The notes: generated by a model from the sequence alone, not told the origin. A stretch of 64,000 bases of DNA from Candidatus Poribacteria bacterium (GCA_036339735.1 JAYZAL010000064.1:64001-128000); one strand, 5' to 3'. Counted from the stretch's first letter, positions 50,139 to 63,235 are shown. Numbers and translations are program-made.

Positions 50139-50564
50139 TTATTGAGCTTTGGCTATTTGGACTCGGTTGGGCCTTTTTACGTGGTAAACGTGAACTTGGT
50201 TGGTTTTAGTAGGTATACTTGGGGACGTAATGTCAACATAGACTTGACCTTCAAATACTTTCACCGGGTAGGTCGCGATTTGACATTTTTTGGGCCAAAT
50301 GCACTGACCGGTTTTTACATCAAATTTCCACTGGTGAATTGGACAAACAACAGTATTATTTTCTAACCCTCCAGCATGAAGCACACCGCCACCATGTGGA
50401 CAAGTATTATCAACTACATAGAATTGTCCATCAACATTATGAATGCCTAAAAAATGTCCTTTGACCATTAAGCCAAGACATTGACCTTCAGGCACTTCAT
50501 TTGTACTAATTACCTCGATAAAGTTACTGGCTGGCAAGGTTTTTACTAATTTTGTCCCTTTCAT
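50139..50564 (-). CDS. Rieske [2Fe-2S] ferredoxin
   Basis: CPH.GG...VCPIHQWKFD..TG. Confidence 0.88.
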   Translation of the reverse strand: MKGTKLVKTLPASNFIEVISTNEVPEGQCLGLMVKGHFLGIHNVDGQFYVVDNTCPHGGGVLHAGGLENNTVVCPIHQWKFDVKTGQCIWPKKCQIATYPVKVFEGQVYVDITSPSIPTKTNQVHVYHVKRPNRVQIAKAQ

Positions 50565-50641
50565 AGTAGTAAAAGTCTCAGATCAGAAAATGTCAAAACA
50601 GATATAAAAATGCGATCTTATTCTTCATATGATATGATTAT

Positions 50642-50702
50642 AAAGGGAAGGGTGCCATAGCCAGTGGCTTGGTCTAAGGCACCGTTATAATAAATTCCCT
50701 TT
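50642..50702 (+). promoter_or_regulatory. Stable hairpin in the bfr 5' region
   Basis: AAAGGGAA/TTCCCTTT outer stem enclosing GGTGCC-A-TAG-CCA...TGG-T-CTA-A-GGCACC. Confidence 0.5.
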
Positions 50703-50733
50703 TTATCGAACATCTACATAGAAGGAGGCGACC

Positions 50734-51213
50734 ATGAGAGGTCACCCTGAAATTATAAACGCCCTTAATGAGGTCCTTTGTGCTGAATTGACAGCCATCA
50801 ACCAGTATTTCGCTCACTCAGAGATGTGTGAAAACTGGGGGTACAGCCGTTTATACAAAGCCATACGAAAAGAGTCTATTGACGAGATGAAACATGCTGA
50901 AAAAGTAATCGCTCGCCTACTTTATCTTGGAGGTATTCCTAACATGGCTCGTTATTTCGAAATTCGAGTCGGCACTAACGTGCAGGAAATGCTAGAAAAT
51001 GACCTAGCTCTCGAAGAAGAAGCAATAGAACGACTGAATACATGTATACAACTTGCACATACCCACAAGGACTTCGGTTCTTCAGAACTCTTGGAATCAA
51101 TACTTTCGGACGAGGAAGAACATATCGATTGGATTGAAGCCCAACTAGATCAAGTCCAACAAATTGGCATTGGCGGCTACTTGGCGCAGCAAATCAAGTT
51201 AGACGACGAGTAA
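50734..51213 (+). CDS. bfr: Bacterioferritin
   Basis: MRG..., ELTAINQY, ESIDEMKHA (heme Met), DL.LE, EEEHIDW; SD AAGGAGG. Confidence 0.96.
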   Translation: MRGHPEIINALNEVLCAELTAINQYFAHSEMCENWGYSRLYKAIRKESIDEMKHAEKVIARLLYLGGIPNMARYFEIRVGTNVQEMLENDLALEEEAIERLNTCIQLAHTHKDFGSSELLESILSDEEEHIDWIEAQLDQVQQIGIGGYLAQQIKLDDE

Positions 51214-51249
51214 TTCTACTCACTTCTTCAACCATCTATCTCCATTAAC

Positions 51250-51280
51250 TTAGCCGGTCTGATAACTTCGGACCGGCTGA
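51250..51280. terminator. Hairpin between convergent bfr and channel genes
   Basis: TTAGCCGGTCTGA-TAACT-TCGGACCGGCTGA, 13-bp stem with G-U pairs; weak U-tract. Confidence 0.5.
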
Positions 51281-51411
51281 ATTGACCGGTGAGATTGAGA
51301 CCCAATTTCAATTCTAACTCACTTTCCAAGAATTATCAAGCTCTTTCTTTCCTGATCAGTGTACTTTTACTTTTTAAGCTTCAGAATCTTCTCAGGTCAA
51401 CAAATACGAAG

Positions 51412-52503
51412 TTAAGGTTTGGGTTGACTAAACCATTTTTGGTAGATTTTTTGATATTGGCCATTTTCTTTTAGTTTCAATAGTGCCTGATTAATCTTCT
51501 CTCGAAGTGGACTATTGGCTTGTAATGCAATTGCGTAATGTTGTGTTTCAAATATAGGCCCAACGACTCGAGTCTGACCTTCGGAGCGAGCATAGTGTTG
51601 CAGGTTTGGCGAGTCGTATACAACAGCATCAACATCTTTATTGATCAGCTTTTGACAAGCACTATCCACCCTATTAGCCAGAATAATATTAGCCCCAATG
51701 TTCTCTAGAACATTAACACTAGTGGAATCGCGCACAGTTGCAACACGCCGGTTATGTAAATCAGATGGCTCTGTAATATCCGCCTTCAACTTCTCCATTG
51801 TAATAGCAGAACTAAATTCGGCTGTACAGTAAAGGAAGAAGCCAATTCCAGTATAAATGACAACTAAACCTATCAATCTTCCAACGCTGTTTTTCGGCAC
51901 TTTGTCTCCGTAGCCGACAGTTGCGATAGTTACATGCAGCCACCACGTCCATTCCCAAATATTAGCCCAATAAGTTTCATCTTCCTCTCGCTCAGCCCAC
52001 CAAACAAGATGTGAAAAAACTAACGTAAACATCAGCCAGACCCCTAGTACATTCAGAAATTGGGGTTTTAGGAATACCCCCAAAGACCTAAAGACACTAG
52101 GATTAATTTGATTCCGGACCAGAATCTGTAATCCAGCTTCAATATATTGGTGAGAAAAATCAACTTTCTGTTCTCGATCTAGTGTGATTGTCAAGCCCCC
52201 AATTGAAATATCTGAGCGGTCTTCGACCAAGTCATCAAATAAATCCTTTAGTGTTTTAACAGGTCGATAAACGTAGGAGAGATCAAGATCTTCAGCAATA
52301 GCTTGCCAAAGATCAATATCAAAACCAGTTGGAGTCTGATTTGAATCTCGTAAGATGATAAAAGGTGGAAATGGGTTAACGCTAACTGTAATGGTCTCGT
52401 CAACTTGTTCTGCATTTTCTGTAGAAGTATCCGGTTCTGAAATGCACGGGACACAAAAAAATAAGGTGGCCAAAAAACACCGTGAAATTAACGTCTGAAG
52501 CAT
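51412..52503 (-). CDS. Prokaryotic ionotropic glutamate-receptor-like (GluR0-type) K+ channel
   Basis: S1 (FPPF, GFDIDLW, LTITLDREQKVDFS) - M1 - pore TVGYGD - M2 - S2 (STS, DAVVYD, INQALLKLKENG). Confidence 0.9.
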   Translation of the reverse strand: MLQTLISRCFLATLFFCVPCISEPDTSTENAEQVDETITVSVNPFPPFIILRDSNQTPTGFDIDLWQAIAEDLDLSYVYRPVKTLKDLFDDLVEDRSDISIGGLTITLDREQKVDFSHQYIEAGLQILVRNQINPSVFRSLGVFLKPQFLNVLGVWLMFTLVFSHLVWWAEREEDETYWANIWEWTWWLHVTIATVGYGDKVPKNSVGRLIGLVVIYTGIGFFLYCTAEFSSAITMEKLKADITEPSDLHNRRVATVRDSTSVNVLENIGANIILANRVDSACQKLINKDVDAVVYDSPNLQHYARSEGQTRVVGPIFETQHYAIALQANSPLREKINQALLKLKENGQYQKIYQKWFSQPKP

Positions 52504-52519
52504 GAATGAAGAAATTATT

Positions 52520-53533
52520 TCAATAGGTAGATTCGGCGACTGCACGCTCATACATAGCTTTCATATAAGCAATAGTATAGGCGGTCCCGACTTGATTATT
52601 ACTTCCCATAGTTGGTATGTGATCAGGAATCATTACTCCTTTAAATTCATATTGATGTAGAACTTTCATTACTTGATACATATCCATATATCCATTGTCA
52701 ATAAAGGTTTCAGTGAAATGGGGTAATGGTTGGTCAACGTTACGGAAGTGGACTTTGAAAATTTTCTCTCGATCAGCAAAGTAGCGTATCGAATCCAGAA
52801 TATCCATCCCCATTAATTCTCCGCCTTCTAGCCAACAACCAACACAAAAGCAAATTCCGACGTTAGGGCTGTCCGCAATTTCTAGGGCCCGTTTGTATCC
52901 CTCGAAGCTACTGAAAATACAACGGGGAATTCCAGCCAAATATGGAACCGGTGGGTCATCTGGGTGGATACCGATTAGCACACCAGCCTCTTCAGCCACA
53001 GGAGCAACCTGTTTTATGAAATAAGTGTAATTGTCCCAAATTTCTTCTTGACTATATTCTCTTTTATGAGACAGTGGCATAGAAAATGTCTGCCCATGCC
53101 AATGTCCAGATTCTGCCTGATTTAGATCGAAAGTGCGAGCTGAAGCCCCTCCCCTTAATGTTTTCTGCCCAGTACTCCAAATTCCATTTCCCATATGTGC
53201 GTAAGTTGTATAAGGAATGCCGGCTTTTCCCAAATTCCGTAAATGTTGCTTGTATTCTTCAACCTTTTTATCTCGATTTTCTAAATTTAGTACAATAGCA
53301 TCTTGGTTATGTACGTTTAAGTTCCCAAGACCAAAAACTTCAATTCCATACGCTGCGAATCTATCTTTTTGGTGTTGGTAATACATAGCACTGGCATTTG
53401 GCGCCTCAGTCCACAGCACAGCATGACGTATTCCCATTTGTAATACAAATTGGAAATCAGCTTCACTGGATTCCGGAGACATCTGGGCGCAAATTTTGAT
53501 ACCTGATTCAATTTTTCCTAATGGATTAATCAT
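52520..53533 (-). CDS. uxuA: Mannonate dehydratase family protein
   Basis: NLGKAGI, PVAEEAGV.IGIHPDDPP, HFRNV, PDH.P. Confidence 0.85.
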   Translation of the reverse strand: MINPLGKIESGIKICAQMSPESSEADFQFVLQMGIRHAVLWTEAPNASAMYYQHQKDRFAAYGIEVFGLGNLNVHNQDAIVLNLENRDKKVEEYKQHLRNLGKAGIPYTTYAHMGNGIWSTGQKTLRGGASARTFDLNQAESGHWHGQTFSMPLSHKREYSQEEIWDNYTYFIKQVAPVAEEAGVLIGIHPDDPPVPYLAGIPRCIFSSFEGYKRALEIADSPNVGICFCVGCWLEGGELMGMDILDSIRYFADREKIFKVHFRNVDQPLPHFTETFIDNGYMDMYQVMKVLHQYEFKGVMIPDHIPTMGSNNQVGTAYTIAYMKAMYERAVAESTY

Positions 53534-53577
53534 TTAGATCCCTCTGAATCACTACCAAAAGCTAAAGCATACTATGT

Positions 53578-54222
53578 TCAAACATCAGTATGATACTTAA
53601 CACCTGTTGAAGAAGACTTTGCTAAAATTTGCTTAGCTTTTTGGTAATCATCTTGTGTATTCATATTTAGAAAAATGTTACCAGATGGATCAAATCTGCT
53701 CCATTCGGTAAAAGGATAAATATTCAATTCGGAAAACATACGATGGACACTGAGCTTATTCTGATTAATTCTTGATTCTATCGGAGATGAGCAAGATTGA
53801 GCGTAGATAGCACACAAAGGTTCAAAACCATTATTAGTCAATGGAACTACTGCATCATGCGAACCAATCTTTCTTCCCATCTCAATCAAGATTCGTTCAG
53901 TTATAAATGGCAAGTCACAAGCCAATATTAGACAGTGAGAATTGGATATAGATTGCAGCGCTGTAAAAATTGCCATCAGAGGCCCTTTCCCTTTTATTTG
54001 ATCGGTGACTATCTTTGTCTTAAGAGTATCGAATGGTTTATAGTCCTCACTAGAAACGATGATCAGTTCGTTTGTTATTCGGTTAGCTATTTCGATCGTG
54101 CGGTTAATAATCGGTTTGTTTTCTATTTCTAGCCAAGCTTTAGGTTCGCCCATACGGCTACTTTTTCCACCCACTAAAATAGCAACACTAAGAGGTAAAA
54201 TGTTTTTACTACGTTTTTTCAT
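53578..54222 (-). CDS. mobA: Molybdenum cofactor guanylyltransferase
   Basis: ILVGGKSSRMG..K, GPL.AI, ACDLP, EPLCAIY, NMNT..D. Confidence 0.93.
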   Translation of the reverse strand: MKKRSKNILPLSVAILVGGKSSRMGEPKAWLEIENKPIINRTIEIANRITNELIIVSSEDYKPFDTLKTKIVTDQIKGKGPLMAIFTALQSISNSHCLILACDLPFITERILIEMGRKIGSHDAVVPLTNNGFEPLCAIYAQSCSSPIESRINQNKLSVHRMFSELNIYPFTEWSRFDPSGNIFLNMNTQDDYQKAKQILAKSSSTGVKYHTDV

Positions 54223-54601
54223 AAATGACTGGTACTTATTTTGGGTGGTATACCTCGATTTGTCAACAAGACTTTTGGAGTATGATTATCCTAGTTCACC
54301 ATGCTCAAAACTAGTTAGGTAAGCAGTTTTCTAATTTTGTTCTAGCTTAATCTATTTTCCTATTAATTAACGTGTGAGTCAGAGCTAAAGAACATGAAGA
54401 CGAACTGGTTGAATACTAGTTAATCAATAATCTGCAGGTGGCCGAAAGGGAATTTATTATCTCTTCAAATCTATTATGGGCTAATGATAAAATGACGAAA
54501 GACACCTGAAGCATTTTAGAGAATACAAAATAATTAACCGATATAGTTTAGGGGAAATTATTAACAAAAAGACTGAGGTTATAAAATTGACCACTTAAAT
54601 A

Positions 54602-55501
54602 ATGACTGATAGAATCAGTTTATTAAAATATAGAGACGATATTATGAAAAGACAAGGAAACTATTTTGAAGACGGCTATATGGTAGTGAAAAATCTACTA
54701 CAACCTGAGGAACTAAAACCATTCCAAAGCGTTATCGAGAAAGCCGTTGATCAACATGCCCAAGTCCTATTATCAGAAGGGAAAATTAATGATATAGCTG
54801 AATCTGCACCTTTTGAGTGCCGAATGGCTAAACTCTACCGAAATCTCGATAACCGTATGCGATCTTGGAATACTGATATATTTTCCTACGAACTTTACAA
54901 TTTAATAACCCACAAAAATATTCTCGACGTGGTAGATTCTTTAATCGGTTCAGAGATCATCCACCATGGGGATTTCCACTTACGTCCTAAACTACCAGGC
55001 CATCAATGGACAGCTTTTCCATGGCATCAAGACAGTCAATATTATGGTAAACCTACGCAATACATGCACGTCGTTACCATTTCTTTACCTCTGGTTGAAG
55101 TTACCGAAGCTAACGGTTGTATATGGGTAATACCTGGCAGCCACCACTGGGGGTATCTCGACGGGGAAAGGGGCAATGATCAAAACATCCGTACCTTCGA
55201 AGATGTTGAAAAACGTGGCAACCCACTGTCTATTCCGATGTCAGCGGGTGATGGATTATTTTTGACTAATCTGACGTTTCATTCCAGCACAATTAATCAG
55301 ACTAATAATGTTCGCTGGACTATTGACTTACGTTACAGTGCGATTCCTGGCACAAAAGCGTTATCTCCTCTACAACAAGAAGCTACCAATTACATGTTTG
55401 CGACTTTGAGACGAAATTTTATACCGTTGATCGTTCGTTCAAAATCGGGTAAACAATCCTGGCAACAGTGGAAAGAAGCCAAGTATGGTGTAAATAGCTA
55501 A
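54602..55501 (+). CDS. PhyH-family dioxygenase (start 54602 or 54644)
   Basis: PWHQD.QY, ANGC..VIPGSH, TFHSS, RW.IDLRY. Confidence 0.92.
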   Translation: MTDRISLLKYRDDIMKRQGNYFEDGYMVVKNLLQPEELKPFQSVIEKAVDQHAQVLLSEGKINDIAESAPFECRMAKLYRNLDNRMRSWNTDIFSYELYNLITHKNILDVVDSLIGSEIIHHGDFHLRPKLPGHQWTAFPWHQDSQYYGKPTQYMHVVTISLPLVEVTEANGCIWVIPGSHHWGYLDGERGNDQNIRTFEDVEKRGNPLSIPMSAGDGLFLTNLTFHSSTINQTNNVRWTIDLRYSAIPGTKALSPLQQEATNYMFATLRRNFIPLIVRSKSGKQSWQQWKEAKYGVNS

Positions 55502-55745
55502 TTAAGAATCAATAATGAACATAGGGAACCACAGGCTTGTAAAATTATTCTCAATTCTACACAGCAAGAGTCCCAAAGCACAGTCCACATACAATTCTCA
55601 GAAAAATCTCCCAGCATTGGCTGTCAATCTCAGTCTATCTCAAGAGTGTTTGTTTTTAATTTAGCCTTTACCATTAAATCAAAAACGTCGAAGTAAACTG
55701 GAATAACTCAAATTAAATACAGGTAATTTCAGCTAAATAGATGAA

Positions 55746-58947
<3,202 letters not shown>

Positions 58948-58997
58948 AATCAATTTCCAAAAACCTGAACATGTAGAAGATTCTATCACAATTGCTC

Positions 58998-59027
58998 GTA
59001 TGTTAACAGTCTAGTCTGTTAACATAC
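58998..59027. promoter_or_regulatory. Near-perfect 30-bp palindrome (candidate operator)
   Basis: GTATGTTAACAG-TCTAGT-CTGTTAACATAC between divergent genes. Confidence 0.55.
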
Positions 59028-59075
59028 AAGAGAACAACATTATTTAAACGTAGCTTTAACAGCTTACAATTAGTT

Positions 59076-60161
59076 ATGATCGAAAAATCCGAAAATCAGT
59101 TTGCTTTGCTCACTTTTGCTGGACTTGCCAAGATAGCTGCAGAGGAACTCAACCCTTCAGACAAGAAAAAAATTCAGGTACATCATTTACCTAATTATGA
59201 CTTGTCAGTATTGAGCTTGTCAGAAACTGACATGAGTTGTTTACCCTCTCTAAAAACGGTAGAAGATGTTTTTTGGTTGATGGGACGATTACCACTATCA
59301 AAGAAAATACATTTACGTCAATTACAAGAAAGAATCCAAAAAGAACAACTGCTAGTAGGTATCAGTTTAAAAAATTCTTTGTTTCACCCTACTAAACCCA
59401 AACAACCTAGCTTTAATTGTTTTGTTAAGCAAGACCATGATTATCCAATTTACCGTCGAACTATAGCACAACGTATGAGATCCGCTGTGGCTCAAGCTTT
59501 TCCCAAATGGAAAATTCGAGACCCTGGCTCTATTGAAATTTGGGGATTTTATATCCGCCGACAACTACATTTGGCTTTTCGTTTATCTGATAATCGTCTA
59601 CGATATCATTCGGAATCTCCATTCCACCGACCTGGTACTTTGAGGCCGACCATTGCTGCTTCCATGGTTAGAATAGCTAGACTGTTACCCAATGAAAAGA
59701 TAATTGACCCTATGTGTGGCACTGGAATAATTTTATCTGAAGTTCTTCACCAGCGGAGCAATTCATCGAATAATTTAATAGGTGGAGATATAGATCAGAG
59801 AGCTGTTACATTAGCTCGAAAAAGGCTTTCGCGATACCACCTACACCTTCAGAATTGGGATGCAAGGCAATTACCAGTAGAACCAAATTCGGTCGATTGT
59901 ATAATTTGCAATCTTCCTTTTGGTAATAGATTTTCGTCAACCCAAGAAAATAAAAACTTATACAATCAGTTGGTAACCAATTGGGGCACAAAGCTCAAAA
60001 AAAAAGGTCGAATGGTTCTATTAACTGCTGATACGAAAAATCTGGAAGATGTGTTGAATCAAAAACAGCTAAGTTGGGAACATTGCTGTAGGGTGAAAGT
60101 GTTAGGAACTTGGGCTTCTATTTACTTAATCGAACCAACTGATTTAAGTACTACAAAGTAA
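59076..60161 (+). CDS. THUMP/UPF0020-type SAM-dependent RNA methyltransferase
   Basis: GTLRPTIAASM, DPMCGTG, GGDID, DA, NLPFG. Confidence 0.85.
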   Translation: MIEKSENQFALLTFAGLAKIAAEELNPSDKKKIQVHHLPNYDLSVLSLSETDMSCLPSLKTVEDVFWLMGRLPLSKKIHLRQLQERIQKEQLLVGISLKNSLFHPTKPKQPSFNCFVKQDHDYPIYRRTIAQRMRSAVAQAFPKWKIRDPGSIEIWGFYIRRQLHLAFRLSDNRLRYHSESPFHRPGTLRPTIAASMVRIARLLPNEKIIDPMCGTGIILSEVLHQRSNSSNNLIGGDIDQRAVTLARKRLSRYHLHLQNWDARQLPVEPNSVDCIICNLPFGNRFSSTQENKNLYNQLVTNWGTKLKKKGRMVLLTADTKNLEDVLNQKQLSWEHCCRVKVLGTWASIYLIEPTDLSTTK

Positions 60162-60217
60162 AACATACATTATTTATTACAAACAATTATGCAATTGATC
60201 TTCTGTTTGAAACGGAC

Positions 60218-60252
60218 AAAAAAAACTGGTGTATCACAAAATACACCAGTTT
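60218..60252 (-). terminator. Intrinsic terminator of the RRM gene
   Basis: AAACTGGTGTAT/ATACACCAGTTT stem followed by a T-run on the minus strand. Confidence 0.8.
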
Positions 60253-60277
60253 CAGGTACAAAAACCTTAACAATTAA

Positions 60278-60589
60278 CTAATAACGAGAGTCGTAGTCGT
60301 CTCCGCCGTATCCACCACCACCACCGCCACCACGACGTGGTCGGTCTTCGCGAGGGCGAGCTTGGTTAACTTTTAGTGGACGTCCTAGCAGTTCTTTTCC
60401 ATCGAGTTCTTCAATCGCACGAGTAGCCTCTTCGTCATTCGGCATCTCGACAAATCCGAATCCCTTGGATCGACCACTATATCGATCAAAGATAATGGAG
60501 GCTGAATCAACTGAGCCAATGGCCTCAAATACTTCCAGTAAGTCGTCGTCTGAGGCTTGGTACGATATGTTTCCAACGTAAATGTTCAT
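60278..60589 (-). CDS. RRM RNA-binding protein with Gly-rich tail
   Basis: MNIYVGN (RNP2), SKGFGFVEM (RNP1), LKVNQARPRE, GGGGGGGYGG. Confidence 0.95.
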   Translation of the reverse strand: MNIYVGNISYQASDDDLLEVFEAIGSVDSASIIFDRYSGRSKGFGFVEMPNDEEATRAIEELDGKELLGRPLKVNQARPREDRPRRGGGGGGGYGGDDYDSRY

Positions 60590-60713
60590 TAAATTTCCCT
60601 TGCAGGCTGTTACCCAGCAATAAGTCCTTCCAAAGAAGAAAGAGCAATGTCTGATTATTCTGATAACCAAGCGGTTCAATCTGTCTGTAAAGCTTAGTTA
60701 CAAAGAGACCCAT

Positions 60714-60743
60714 ATTATAAAGGATGATTAGCCTTAGTGTCAA
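60714..60743 (-). promoter_or_regulatory. Consensus sigma70 promoter of the RRM gene
   Basis: TTGACA-N18-TATAAT on the minus strand. Confidence 0.8.
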
Positions 60744-60911
60744 AGAAAACTGCTTTAAATTTGTCATTTAATCTGATTTTTAAATCGACAAAATGACACA
60801 CCACGAATTTAAAATCCTTGACATGCAGGCATAATAAATGCTTATTTGAATCCCTCGACAACCTTTGCTATATTGTACTACTTTTTACTCAAACTTTATT
60901 TGGGAAGCAAC

Positions 60912-61676
60912 ATGAAAAAAGAACAAATACATAACAAAATTGCTATTGTGACGGGTGCCGGCTCTGGCATTGGGAAACATACCACCCTTGCTCTGTTGAA
61001 AGAAGGCTACATTGTAGTTTTGGCCGGGCGGCGAATTGAGACGTTAGAAAAGACAGCAAGCCTGTGGGAAGTAGAAAACCAACTAATGGTCATTCCAACT
61101 GATGTCACTTCCCCTGATTCAGTCTGCAACTTATTCGACCAAACAGTGCGTACTTTTGGCCGTCTTGACTTACTATTCAACAATGCAGGAATTGGGGCAC
61201 CTAGTATACCGATAGAAGAACTAACATACCAACAATGGAGAGACGTAGTTGATACGAATCTTACAGGTTCCTTCTTGTGTATACAGGAAGCTTTCAAAAT
61301 AATGAAGGAACAAAAACCGAGAGGTGGACGAATTATTAATAATGGTTCGATTTCGGCCCATGTGCCACGACCAAACTCGGCCCCTTACACCGCGACTAAG
61401 CATGCCATTACAGGTTTAACGCGTTCCACGTCATTAGATGGTCGACCATTTAATATCGCATGCGGACAAATAGACATTGGTAACGCTTCTACTGATATGA
61501 CAAAAAGAATGCAAAAAGGTATCACACAAGCAAACGGAACCATAGTATCAGAACCGACCATGGATGCCGATCACGTGGCAAACGCAGTCGTATATATGGC
61601 AAGCTTGCCGCTCGAGACCAACGTACAATTTATGACTGTAATGGCAACTCAAATGCCCTATATAGGGAGGGGCTAA
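60912..61676 (+). CDS. Short-chain dehydrogenase/reductase
   Basis: [20 protein letters not shown]. Confidence 0.93.
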   Translation: MKKEQIHNKIAIVTGAGSGIGKHTTLALLKEGYIVVLAGRRIETLEKTASLWEVENQLMVIPTDVTSPDSVCNLFDQTVRTFGRLDLLFNNAGIGAPSIPIEELTYQQWRDVVDTNLTGSFLCIQEAFKIMKEQKPRGGRIINNGSISAHVPRPNSAPYTATKHAITGLTRSTSLDGRPFNIACGQIDIGNASTDMTKRMQKGITQANGTIVSEPTMDADHVANAVVYMASLPLETNVQFMTVMATQMPYIGRG

Positions 61677-61699
61677 TCTTTGCTGGGTCTGATAGAAGT

Positions 61700-62092
61700 C
61701 TAGTTCAGTTTGGAATGTTTTTTCAAGTCTTCCAAAGACACCACAGACAGAGCCGAGAATTCAGTGGCAGAAAGCAAAACTGGTGGAGCGACACCTGCAT
61801 CCATTGCATCTTTCCATCGCTCGGCGCAGACGCACCAATGATCACCCGGCTGTAAACCGGGGAAGCCAGTATTAGGAACAGGTGAACTCAAGTCATTACC
61901 TTCTGACTTAGAAAAGAGAAGAAACTCGGTCGTCATTTCGGCGCATATCACATGTTTCCCTAAGTCTCTGGGATCGGTCTCACAACTACCATTTCTGAAC
62001 CAACCGGTCATTGGGTCACAACTGCATTCAACCAGTGCTTTTCCTAGTACGTTCCTCTTTTTAATAACGTTTATTCGGCTTTCACTTTCCAC
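61700..62092 (-). CDS. DUF2237 family protein
   Basis: NVLG..L..CS.DPMTG.FR.G.C, H..CA, GNDLS.P, PGD.WC.CA.RW. Confidence 0.9.
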   Translation of the reverse strand: MESESRINVIKKRNVLGKALVECSCDPMTGWFRNGSCETDPRDLGKHVICAEMTTEFLLFSKSEGNDLSSPVPNTGFPGLQPGDHWCVCAERWKDAMDAGVAPPVLLSATEFSALSVVSLEDLKKHSKLN

Positions 62093-62186
62093 GTACGTTT
62101 ACCTTTTTACTAATTCGTTACTTTACTTCATGATACCAAATACTCATCTGAAAAATCAATGACTCATCAAGTCGCACAATCTAACA

Positions 62187-62215
62187 AAATTTCAACAAAT
62201 TGTTTGTTGAAATTT
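62187..62215. promoter_or_regulatory. Perfect 13-bp inverted repeat (candidate operator)
   Basis: AAATTTCAACAAA-TTG-TTTGTTGAAATTT just upstream of TGtTATAAT in a divergent intergenic region. Confidence 0.5.
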
Positions 62216-62277
62216 CCATAAGTGTTATAATCTAGGCGACGGAATAATAGCTCATCCAAAAACCAAGGTGAAAATAG

Positions 62278-62991
62278 GTGAAAATATCTGACGGTTTAGT
62301 CGTTTTAACTTTTGACGATGGGAATAAATCAGACCTTGACTTTGTTGCTCCCATTCTAAAGTCATTTCAGTTTGGAGCTACTTTTTTTATCACTGAAGGG
62401 CTAAATTTTCTTACAAACAAACACCATTACATGGATTGGTCTGAAATAAAAGAACTTTATGATCTTGGTTTCGAGATTGGCAATCACACGCGTTACCACA
62501 AAAATGTTTGTCAACAATCCTCAGAAGATCTATTAAACGATATTCGTCATATTGACCAACGTTGTGTCGAATATGGGATTTTGGAACCAAAAACTTTCTG
62601 TTATCCTGGTTACCAATATGATGAAGATTCAGTCCAAACAGTACAAAATCACGGATTTACATTTGCTCGTAGAGGTGTAGCACCCGAGTTCGAATACGAT
62701 GGTCATGGAGGGCGAGGGCCAGCTTACGATCCCCAACGACATCATCCTTTGTCAATTCCAACAACTGGAGCCTCAGGGCCAAAATGGGGGTGGGACGACT
62801 TTCTATGGGCTTTAGACCAAGCCAAAAATGGTAAAATTTGCATATTAACATTTCATGGTGTTCCTGCTTTGGAGCACCCGTGGGTAAATACCAATCCCGA
62901 GCAATTTGTAAAATATATGCAATACATGAAAGATAATAATTTCCAAGTCATTTCATTAGGGGCTTTAGATCAGTTTAACGATGATTTGTAA
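62278..62991 (+). CDS. Polysaccharide deacetylase (NodB/CE4) family protein
   Basis: LTFDDG, ATFF, EIGNHT..H, YP, FHG. Confidence 0.9.
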   Translation: MKISDGLVVLTFDDGNKSDLDFVAPILKSFQFGATFFITEGLNFLTNKHHYMDWSEIKELYDLGFEIGNHTRYHKNVCQQSSEDLLNDIRHIDQRCVEYGILEPKTFCYPGYQYDEDSVQTVQNHGFTFARRGVAPEFEYDGHGGRGPAYDPQRHHPLSIPTTGASGPKWGWDDFLWALDQAKNGKICILTFHGVPALEHPWVNTNPEQFVKYMQYMKDNNFQVISLGALDQFNDDL

Positions 62992-63235
62992 AATTACAAT
63001 ATGAAATACCTGACGGAAAACACTATTTGTTTATCTATCCTTCTGCTATACACAGAAGGTAGTTATCTTGGCCAACTATGCCATTGGTTAGAAAACCTAT
63101 TTGACTTAGAAATATCGAACCCATTTGGATAGATGATACGATAGTTTGTTGGTAATCCTGTTGACATCATATGCCTAAATAAAAACTCAAATATCACTAT
63201 CGCATTGTGCATAATAATTCAGAACAGAAATAGTA

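Noticed and set aside
54435..54508. CAGGTG...CACCTG-bounded segment resembling glycine, fluoride or Moco riboswitches
   Set aside because: Only fragments match (GCCGAA, GCTAATGA), conserved cores are missing, and it is on the wrong strand for mobA.
60300..60335. (CCA)n microsatellite
   Set aside because: Encodes the poly-Gly tail of the RRM protein.
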